Below, one piece after another: positions 50,987 through 58,560 of a stretch of 64,000 bases of DNA. Positions within the stretch are counted from its first letter, which is position 1; the number at the start of each line of letters is the position of its first letter. A program made the position numbers and the translations under genes. The stretch comes from Marsupella aquatica (lineage: Eukaryota > Plantae > Marchantiophyta): assembly GCA_973895155.1 (NCBI GenBank), contig OZ316898.1:684751-748750 (forward strand), in the 5' to 3' direction. The notes under the pieces are model-generated. The model did not search any database. It saw only the letters and a program-made list of their open reading frames with translations, and was not told where the DNA came from.

Positions 50987-53910
50987 ACTGTCCCTGCTAC
51001 TGCTCCCCACTTAGCCGTTTCATCCAATTGGTCTACATCCTTTACTTCCTCCGGAATTGCAGCTAAAAAGGTGGATTCTATTGTAAAGCAGTCCTCGACC
51101 TCTTCGTCTTCTTCTTCCAAGTCACCTTCCATTGGTTCTTGCCATAATCCGCTGGGGGGTACCTCTGGTCCAAAGACACCTTCTTCGGTTAGGTTAGTGA
51201 GGCATTCTAACCAACGTACTTCATCGGCTGACTCCAGTCCACTGTCGTACCCATCTACTTCCCTTATGCTTTTCCTACGGTCATCCTTAGTGTCCCAGGA
51301 TACCGTGATAGAGGGGGTCCCGAAAGTGAACTGCTTTTTACCCCAATCTTCTATTACCTCGGCTAGGTATAGCCATGGCCTACCAATCAATAGCCGGAAT
51401 GACGTAGGATTTACCGGCTTCATTACTACATAGTTAATGCTAAAGAAGATACCTCCTATCTCTGTCTTGATGCCGGTTAACACTCCCGTCGGAATGACCT
51501 GATATCCATTGGCCATGTTCAACACTCTTCCAGTCATCTCCGGTGTTAGACCCCACCCTTTTGTTGTTGAATCAATCATAATACATACCCCTGATCCTCC
51601 ATCGATGGGTACCCGTAGTAATAATTCTCCTTGAATCATTAATGGTAATGCTGGGGCTCCTTGATCTTCTTCTATCATTAGTACGTCGGATCTGGTTGCT
51701 ACCTTGGGTAATCTTGGCTTGCCGAGAATAGCCTTCCTTAATTGCTTCCGGAAGTACGGGCTATTTTTCAATAGTTGACCTACTGTTGCCGAGACTCTAG
51801 ATTCTAGTACATCTTTAGCCAGGTCATAGGGAATAATCGGCTTCTCTTCTGGTGGTGTTTCCGTCTTGGATTCGGCCAGTTTTGCCACGCTAGTCTCCAC
51901 AACTGTTGGGTCTTCCGAAGCAAACAATGCTTTTGCTCGTTTTACATCCTTGGCAATGGCTTCGGTATTCTCCAGGGTTTCTAATTCTCTTAGTTGTTCC
52001 TTAACACTAGCCGTAACAGAGGGGTAGAACAACTTAGGATGATCTCGATTGAAGTCGCTATCTTGTGAAGGATTGGTTTCACTGGTGGGCTCATGGCTTA
52101 CCTGTATTGCCGGAGCCCTCCCTTCTCCTTCTGTTGATGTTGACGAAGAGTCGATCCTTTCCTCCGTAACCTTCCCTTTATTTTTGGCCAGCCCATCCCA
52201 CCTTTCCTTCCTTCTGGTAGATCGAGTAGAGACCCGGTAGCAATCATGATCTAAATCCTCCTCTGAGAAGGTTGATAGGGCTTCGGCCTCATCATCAGAT
52301 GGTACGAACTCTGCCTCGGCATCCTCTTGCCATCCTAGTTCGATGTGGTTGATTTGAACTCCTCCGGGGGTAGTACCTGGCGGTAAGATCTTGATCGGCA
52401 AAAGCTTATGATTTGCGGCCAGGCCTGCCAACCAAGTAGGACATTGCCCTAGCATATGACCTTCCTGTCGGCATCCCATACATAGCTGAGCTGGTTGTCC
52501 ATCACCCTGTTTGCGTGCATTCGGGCATTCTCTAGCAAAATGGCCAGGTTGACCACAATTATAGCACGCCGCAAATCTTTGCACATTCGGCCTAGGAGGT
52601 ACTGACGGGTTCTGAATAATCCGAGGATACATCTCTCCTGGATTGTTCCTTAACCCTGACCACAGAGATGCAGGTCTGTTGGATAGGTCTCGTGCTCCAG
52701 TCTCACTGATGCCGAAAACACTATCAACGGCATCTCCCAAAAAGTACTCTACTTCTCCCTGACATGGTCTGATCTCGGCCACATGCCGAACATGATTAGT
52801 ATTAAGCTTAGGACACGCATCTTTATGGTGTCCGGTTTTATAACATAAGGCACACCATACAGAGCTATCCTCCTGTACTACCTTCTTCTTTGGTTTTACC
52901 TCTGCAATGATAGCCTTAAGTTGCTCGGTAAGGGCTACGATGTTATCTGGTGGCTTAGCCTCCATCTTGACTTTCGTCTTCCCTCTCCTTCTGCCCTTCC
53001 TTTTCCTAGTTTTTTCTTCTTCAGAACTAGAAGATGACTCACTCTTGCTACTTCCACTATCCGAGCTTGACTTATCACTTCTAGACTTCTTGGAATGTTT
53101 CTTCTTCTTATCTTTTTTCTTATGGGGTGATCCCTCCTCTGATGAGGAACTCTCAGACTTAAGCTGTTTCTTCCGGCTTGTGATATCTGCATTAATGTAT
53201 AATTGAATATCCTTAATTGCTTCGGCTAAAGTCTCCGGGTTCTCCTTCCTAATTGCAAAACTCATCTTCTGTGGCAAAGCATTCACCAACCATTGAAGTT
53301 GCATACCTTCAGATGCATTGGTCTTTGTACGTCTTACCAGTTTCTGAAAGCGTTGCAAGAACTTCCTGAAGGATTTGTTCTCCTTGAACCGAAGTTGTCC
53401 CAACTTTAGCACTGCTAGTTCTGAAGTTCCAATGGGTCGAAACTCCTTAACAAAGAGTGTTTTGAAGATATCCCAGATGGCTTGATCTTCCACATCTAAT
53501 GCTCTGTACCAAGGCCTAGCCTCACCCTTGAACAGGCCGGGAAGAATCTGCATCTTGATGGCCGATTCTCCATTTGCTGCAGCGGTTCCCTCGAAATCAT
53601 CCAACCATTCGTCCGGATCCTCATCTCCTCTCCCATGAAATGCCTTGTAATGTATGCGCGACCGCTGGCTCAATCTGGTCCCTGGCCTCTCGTCTGGCCG
53701 TGCCTCTGGTTCCCCCATGTCGGTTGGAGACTCACTTCTCCTTACCGACTCTTCTTCTGGTATGTCTTCTTCGACGCCACTCCCAGTTTTGGAGCTACCA
53801 GCTCTTTCTGCCCCTCTCAGTCGTTGTGTATCATGCCACCCGGCGAGCTGCTGCAGTCGAGCTCTCTCCCGTTGAATCACTCTTTCTTCCCTCGGCGTAA
53901 GGTCAGTCAT
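50917..53910 (-). CDS. gag: Gag-protease polyprotein (997 aa): retrotransposon capsid, three CCHC zinc knuckles, aspartic protease
   Basis: FHGRGDEDPDEWL...FKGEARPWY capsid signature. Knuckles CALCYKTGHHKDAC, CYNCGQPGHFAREC and CMGCRQEGHMLGQC. Protease VPIDGGSG...LLIGRPWL. Confidence 0.93.
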   Translation of the reverse strand: MTDLTPREERVIQRERARLQQLAGWHDTQRLRGAERAGSSKTGSGVEEDIPEEESVRRSESPTDMGEPEARPDERPGTRLSQRSRIHYKAFHGRGDEDPDEWLDDFEGTAAANGESAIKMQILPGLFKGEARPWYRALDVEDQAIWDIFKTLFVKEFRPIGTSELAVLKLGQLRFKENKSFRKFLQRFQKLVRRTKTNASEGMQLQWLVNALPQKMSFAIRKENPETLAEAIKDIQLYINADITSRKKQLKSESSSSEEGSPHKKKDKKKKHSKKSRSDKSSSDSGSSKSESSSSSEEEKTRKRKGRRRGKTKVKMEAKPPDNIVALTEQLKAIIAEVKPKKKVVQEDSSVWCALCYKTGHHKDACPKLNTNHVRHVAEIRPCQGEVEYFLGDAVDSVFGISETGARDLSNRPASLWSGLRNNPGEMYPRIIQNPSVPPRPNVQRFAACYNCGQPGHFARECPNARKQGDGQPAQLCMGCRQEGHMLGQCPTWLAGLAANHKLLPIKILPPGTTPGGVQINHIELGWQEDAEAEFVPSDDEAEALSTFSEEDLDHDCYRVSTRSTRRKERWDGLAKNKGKVTEERIDSSSTSTEGEGRAPAIQVSHEPTSETNPSQDSDFNRDHPKLFYPSVTASVKEQLRELETLENTEAIAKDVKRAKALFASEDPTVVETSVAKLAESKTETPPEEKPIIPYDLAKDVLESRVSATVGQLLKNSPYFRKQLRKAILGKPRLPKVATRSDVLMIEEDQGAPALPLMIQGELLLRVPIDGGSGVCIMIDSTTKGWGLTPEMTGRVLNMANGYQVIPTGVLTGIKTEIGGIFFSINYVVMKPVNPTSFRLLIGRPWLYLAEVIEDWGKKQFTFGTPSITVSWDTKDDRRKSIREVDGYDSGLESADEVRWLECLTNLTEEGVFGPEVPPSGLWQEPMEGDLEEEDEEVEDCFTIESTFLAAIPEEVKDVDQLDETAKWGAVAGTVDFLQALWQSRRGPQRHRSSARN
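50927..50986 (-). promoter_or_regulatory. Candidate -1 programmed ribosomal frameshift signal
   Basis: G_GAT_TTT (50986-50980) is in the gag frame, followed by a 5-nt spacer and a perfect 10-bp stem GGCGTTGTGG/CCACAACGCC. Loop GCCGA can pair with downstream TCGGC. A -1 slip gives the pol frame (SGFSAG). Confidence 0.8.
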
Positions 53911-53957
53911 TACCTACGCTTCCGTTCTAACTTCATATCTCACGGCTTAAGAAATGC

Positions 53958-53975
53958 CCCCTCCATCTAGCGCCA
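53958..53975 (-). promoter_or_regulatory. Primer binding site, probably tRNA-Asn(GUU)
   Basis: Minus strand TGGCGCTAGATGGAGGGG, 4 nt inside the 5' LTR. It is complementary (1 mismatch) to the plant cytosolic tRNA-Asn 3' end CCCCTCCTTCTAGCG-CCA as I recall it. Confidence 0.8.
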
Positions 53976-54301
53976 AAAATGTGGTGCGTCCCATGGCTCC
54001 CTAAACCCAAGAAACCCCCTAGCTCAAGCCGATTCCCGCAGGTTTCGTGCTTGGCGAGGCCGTTTCCGCGGCTTAGCGGCATGGGACGCTGCTAACCTTC
54101 TACTACTACTATTAACATTTTACACACATATACTGGACAGATCCTTCATCGGGTCATGAGATACGTAGCCGGCCTAATATAGGCCTTCCCCTGTCTTCCC
54201 CTGTCTTCCCCTCCGTCTTGTTAGGTATGTTTGGATTCCGCCGCCGGAATGATCCCCAATAGGCTTGGTTAAGCCGCTAAGACCTCTCTCAGCTCGACAC
54301 A

Positions 54302-54318
54302 TCCAACTCTCACTCCCC
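54302..54318 (-). other. PPT-like purine tract followed by TGTGTCG inside the LTR (copy at 44789..44805)
   Basis: Minus strand GGGGAGTGAGAGTTGGA|TGTGTCG..., 322 bp before the LTR 3' end. Confidence 0.5.
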
Positions 54319-54900
54319 TGCTTACTTTCCTTCCTTCTGTTGATGTGGGCACTCTTCACACAAGTTAATGCGACACACAAATAGCAAAATGACTCATTCT
54401 GACTGAGTCATACCATGCACTTGCCATACAAACAGTACATCTCATACACAAGTTCTGCGAACTAAGCCGTGAGGCCAACTCTATTCAGCTCTTAGGCATG
54501 AGGAAACATGAATATACACAAGGGTCACTGTATGACTAACCGAGAGCTTCTCGTACTACTTGATCCCAGCCCGGCTGGTGCAAACTAAAAACTTGCTAAA
54601 GAAGAGGCCCTGAGCTCCCCGCTGCCCAGGTACTTATCCTGGTAGTGGATCTGCCATTCTTTGCATCGTAAGCCTAATCTACCTGACAGTAATCTACTTG
54701 CCCGAATCTACCTATGTACAGCAAGGCAGGAGCACAAGTGTTGCTCCTACCAGTGGAACCGCAATCCCACTAAGCTAAGTGTCAGGGCCGCTCCTGGTTC
54801 TGATCCTAATCCTAAACGTGGAGATCCGCGCCCGCCCTGCCCACTCACGCCTCCTCCCTCCACGTCCGCCCTCCCTAAAAGGAACGGCGCCCTTGCACCG

Positions 54901-57900
54901 TCACGACACCGGTGGTGGATCCTCAATGGACGCCCCCAACACTTCCTCCTCAGCCACTGCCGTTGGCCCGCCTACTGACAGATTACCTGCCCTTGACCGA
55001 GTCAACTCTCCATCGGCCTGACTGGGTCCACCTTCGGCTTCAGCCTCGACACCGGCCTCGGCAATACCCACGGCTTCGGCCTCAGCCACTCCAACGGCTT
55101 CGGCTTCAGCCACTCCCACGGCTTCGGCCTCCCCTTCCCCTAGGGTAGTTGGATCCTTAGCCGTGACCCTGTCTGGGGTCGGTGCTGGGTCTACCTCCTT
55201 GATCACCACGGCCTGTGAAGTCGTATTACTCCTTGACCCTGAAGGTTTCCGCTTCTTCTTCGTTGGTGGCTCGGCAGCTGGTCCCTTCCCCTTCCCACTT
55301 ACTTCCGGCACTGGTGCAGTTGACGCGGCTTGTCCTTCGGCAATTACCACCCCTGGTAACTGGTTTGTCCCAACGGGAGATGGACCTGCTGCAGCTAAGC
55401 ATTTAAATAATGCGGCTTGTTTCTTCAGCCGCTCTGTTTGGTTGTCGGCCCGCCGCTGTAGGTTCTCCATCTTCCTCGTGATTTCCTCCAACTCCTCTTG
55501 GGTTTCATCCAGGTCCTTACGTGCCCCCTCCAGCTCGTTTTTGGCCTCCTCCTGCTCCCTGTGGGCTTCCTCCAATTCCTTCTTCAAGGTAGCCCTCTCC
55601 TCCTGGGTTGCTCTTAGCTCCTTGTCGAGCTCTGCAATGATGACAGACTCCATCTGGTTCATCTTGGCGTAAGTCTGTTCGAGCATCTCGTCCTTCTCCC
55701 TTAGGTCGGCCTTGAAGCTGGCCGTCAGGGACGCAAGCTCCTGCTGCAGCGCCATAATCCCTTGATAGGATTTCCCTAACTCGACCTCCTTCTGCTCAAG
55801 GGCTCCGCGGATTTTCTCGAGCTCCCCTTTCAACGCCCATTCCTTTCTTTGGGTCTCCGCCATGGCCCGACTGTTGGCTGTTATGTGGGCCTCCTCTGTA
55901 TTCTTCAGCTCTTGCTTCCACTTCTCCCTCTCTTTGATCGTGTCGGCCAACTCTTCCTGCGTCTGAGTCAGTTTATCCTTGATATTCTGATTATCAGCCT
56001 GCGCGGTGTCCAACTGCCCCTGCATGATGTTCAGCTCATGTCGTTTAATCCGCAATTCATCTTGGGCTTTCTTGGCCGCCCTTATATCTTCAATCTCGGC
56101 TTCCATCCTCCTAAGCCGCCAAATGACCTCGTCCTTCTTGCTTCTCTCTAAAGCCACCGCTTCTTCTAATTGGTGCTTCTCCAACTGCTCCCTATGGAAA
56201 AAGGGTCCTATCTCCAACTCCTCTCCAAAGATGCCGAGCGCAAGTTCCCCACACATCTCACCATACTCCATGGCTCTATTCTTAGCGTAGGTGGAGTAAG
56301 TAGAAGTGATCGGCATCGCCCATCGTGGCCTCTGCTCCCAAGCCGTCCTGCGGATCTCTTCAATCGTGGCTAGAGGTTTGCTTCCTTTTTCGGCTAGCCG
56401 CCTGATGTCCTCCGGCCAATCTCCTCCTGGTAAATCCTTTTCCTTAGCCAGGGCGGCCTCTTCCTCCTGCTTGATTCGCTCCTGAAATTCCTGCACCGTC
56501 TGTTTTATGCCGTCGAAGCTCGGGGGAGCAACATCTGGTGGGGGAGACTCAGGGCTACTCTGCTGGTTGGGGTCCCCTCGCACTACCCTTGGAAGTGTGG
56601 GGACAAACCGGCCACAGGTCCTTACTCCTGGAACGTGATGGTCCGACCCATAGCCGGAATTATCATGGCTGCAGTCCTCCACTGCCTCCTCTACCTCTTG
56701 GTCCGGCTTCTCCCTCTCCTCTTCGTCGGTAGGAGCTTCAGGCAATTCTGCCTCAGATTCGGAGCTTGAGGTTCCCACGTACATTCGAACACCTGGCTTG
56801 GATTCCGGCCTGATTCTCTCCTTGTTTCCAGCAAAGGGGTTTTCTCTTGTGAGCAGGTGTAGGCCTACCTCTGTAGTAGTGTCCTGCATTGTTGCCGTTG
56901 CCGTTGTTGTTGCCGATGCCGATTTCTTTTCTTTCTCCAGTAGTTTCAGCAGACTCTGCATGCCTGGTTGCTGCATCGGCAAGTCCTCCTTCCTGGGCCT
57001 AAACACCTGCTCGATCGTAGGACTAACAGGTGGTTGAGGCTTCTCAGCCAACGGCCTCGGCGTTAGAGCTTCCTCGGGTGCCCTTACCTGCAGGGGAAGT
57101 ACCGGGGCAAAAGTCTGACCTCTGGCATACCGGCACAACAGCGGCATGTGATAGCCAAGCCGCGACACGCTCCCCATGCCGATTACCTGCTGCTCCTCCT
57201 TTAAGATCTTCTTCAATTGGTTGAGGAGGTACCCGTTGTAGTCCCGGCTTGGGTCTGGCCTTTCTGCCAGATAGACCTGTGCCTTGCCGATCTCTGCCCT
57301 CGGCAAGTTACAATGCATGGTCACCCGCAAGAAGTCGATCATCTCTCCTATGTGCGGGTTGGTGCAGGTGTTCCGGAAGAAGACATTCTTCGTTGATGGC
57401 CCGGGGAACGACCGGAACTCCTTGTCAGGCAAGGTCTTCCTGGTATCAACTTTGGTCTTATTGCCTATCGGCAGGCCAAACACTTCGGCAATTACCTTGG
57501 GAGTAAGATAGAAATCCTTCCCATATATCCTCGTGCAATTGGTCTCGGGTTCCCATGACCCCACGAATTCTAATAGGTCTGACTCCGGTACCTCCGGCTT
57601 CAGCCATGGTAATCTTACAAAGGCCTCCAAGCCGGATCCGGCCATGAAGCCTTGGTACTTCTTGGTCTGCATGGCCGTAAAGCATGCATCCTCCTCCCGT
57701 GCAAAATGTAGTTGCACCTCCACCGGTAGGGTTGCCGCCCAGCCCTTCCAGGTGTCATCCCTGGTTGGAATGGCCTTGATGGGATCGACCTCCTCCTCTT
57801 TGGCTTCTCCTTGCTTCCTGCTCTGCTGCTCGGCTGGCTTCTTTGGTGCCGCCGACCTCGTTCTTTTTGCCGGGGTGGCTTCATCGTTGATGGCTCCCTT

Positions 57901-58560
57901 CCTCTTCATCTCTGCTGCCGTGGAGGTTTCTCCTAGCACCGTTGCCTGGGCCCACCTTTCCGTGCTACCCTTTAATTCCCAGTGTATGTCGTTGTAGTTC
58001 TTGATGGCCTCTCGGATGCCGACGACGCTGTCTTTGCAAAACAGAAGATCGTCGAGTTGATTGGAAGTAGGCGTCCACAGGAACTCGTCCTTGATGAGTT
58101 CGCCTCCTAAGAAAGCCGTCTTCTGCAGCTCCCACAATCGAGCGAGCTCCTGCCGTTCTCGAGCTGCCCTTTCTGACTCCTCGTCCTCGTAAGTCTTGAT
58201 GTACTCAGTTGCCCGTTCGAACAGGCATCCCCAGAAATGTGCCGCTTGATTGACGTTGCTCATACCCTCCTTAGGTCGATCGTCGGTATCTACTCTCTCC
58301 CCGAGTGCTTGCCTAAGCAGCTGACAGTAGTTGGCCTCCCGTAGTCGTCTGCCTAGTTTGTGCTCGCAAATGAGCCACCATCTCCTGCAAGCGCTCCTTA
58401 CCCCTCTCCTTTGCCGGTCCTTCTTCCCGTTGATCCTTCCTAGCCGCCGACGCTTAACGCGCCCTAACCCTAATCGGGTTTTCACCCTTAGCCTTACCTC
58501 CGGCCTCGGCCCGGGTTCCATGGTTGCCCCTAATTGTTTATATTTTCCTTGTTTTGTCAC
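54901..58560 (-). CDS. LTR-encoded extra ORF, 1219 codons (first ATG at 58521): basic N-terminus, PMD/plant-transposon-protein-like motif, long coiled coil
   Basis: Uninterrupted 3660-nt ORF fully inside the 5' LTR. Contains FVRLPW...LLEFVGSW...IYGKDFYLTPKVIAEVFGLPIG, an E/K/L-rich heptad region, NLS-like PPTKKKRK and EAEAVG[VI]A repeats. Confidence 0.85.
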   Translation of the reverse strand: MTKQGKYKQLGATMEPGPRPEVRLRVKTRLGLGRVKRRRLGRINGKKDRQRRGVRSACRRWWLICEHKLGRRLREANYCQLLRQALGERVDTDDRPKEGMSNVNQAAHFWGCLFERATEYIKTYEDEESERAARERQELARLWELQKTAFLGGELIKDEFLWTPTSNQLDDLLFCKDSVVGIREAIKNYNDIHWELKGSTERWAQATVLGETSTAAEMKRKGAINDEATPAKRTRSAAPKKPAEQQSRKQGEAKEEEVDPIKAIPTRDDTWKGWAATLPVEVQLHFAREEDACFTAMQTKKYQGFMAGSGLEAFVRLPWLKPEVPESDLLEFVGSWEPETNCTRIYGKDFYLTPKVIAEVFGLPIGNKTKVDTRKTLPDKEFRSFPGPSTKNVFFRNTCTNPHIGEMIDFLRVTMHCNLPRAEIGKAQVYLAERPDPSRDYNGYLLNQLKKILKEEQQVIGMGSVSRLGYHMPLLCRYARGQTFAPVLPLQVRAPEEALTPRPLAEKPQPPVSPTIEQVFRPRKEDLPMQQPGMQSLLKLLEKEKKSASATTTATATMQDTTTEVGLHLLTRENPFAGNKERIRPESKPGVRMYVGTSSSESEAELPEAPTDEEEREKPDQEVEEAVEDCSHDNSGYGSDHHVPGVRTCGRFVPTLPRVVRGDPNQQSSPESPPPDVAPPSFDGIKQTVQEFQERIKQEEEAALAKEKDLPGGDWPEDIRRLAEKGSKPLATIEEIRRTAWEQRPRWAMPITSTYSTYAKNRAMEYGEMCGELALGIFGEELEIGPFFHREQLEKHQLEEAVALERSKKDEVIWRLRRMEAEIEDIRAAKKAQDELRIKRHELNIMQGQLDTAQADNQNIKDKLTQTQEELADTIKEREKWKQELKNTEEAHITANSRAMAETQRKEWALKGELEKIRGALEQKEVELGKSYQGIMALQQELASLTASFKADLREKDEMLEQTYAKMNQMESVIIAELDKELRATQEERATLKKELEEAHREQEEAKNELEGARKDLDETQEELEEITRKMENLQRRADNQTERLKKQAALFKCLAAAGPSPVGTNQLPGVVIAEGQAASTAPVPEVSGKGKGPAAEPPTKKKRKPSGSRSNTTSQAVVIKEVDPAPTPDRVTAKDPTTLGEGEAEAVGVAEAEAVGVAEAEAVGIAEAGVEAEAEGGPSQADGELTRSRAGNLSVGGPTAVAEEEVLGASIEDPPPVS

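Noticed and set aside
54901-58560. Calling the extra ORF env-like or a captured host myosin/SMC gene
   Set aside because: No signal peptide or transmembrane helix is evident, and coiled-coil composition alone is not evidence of homology.
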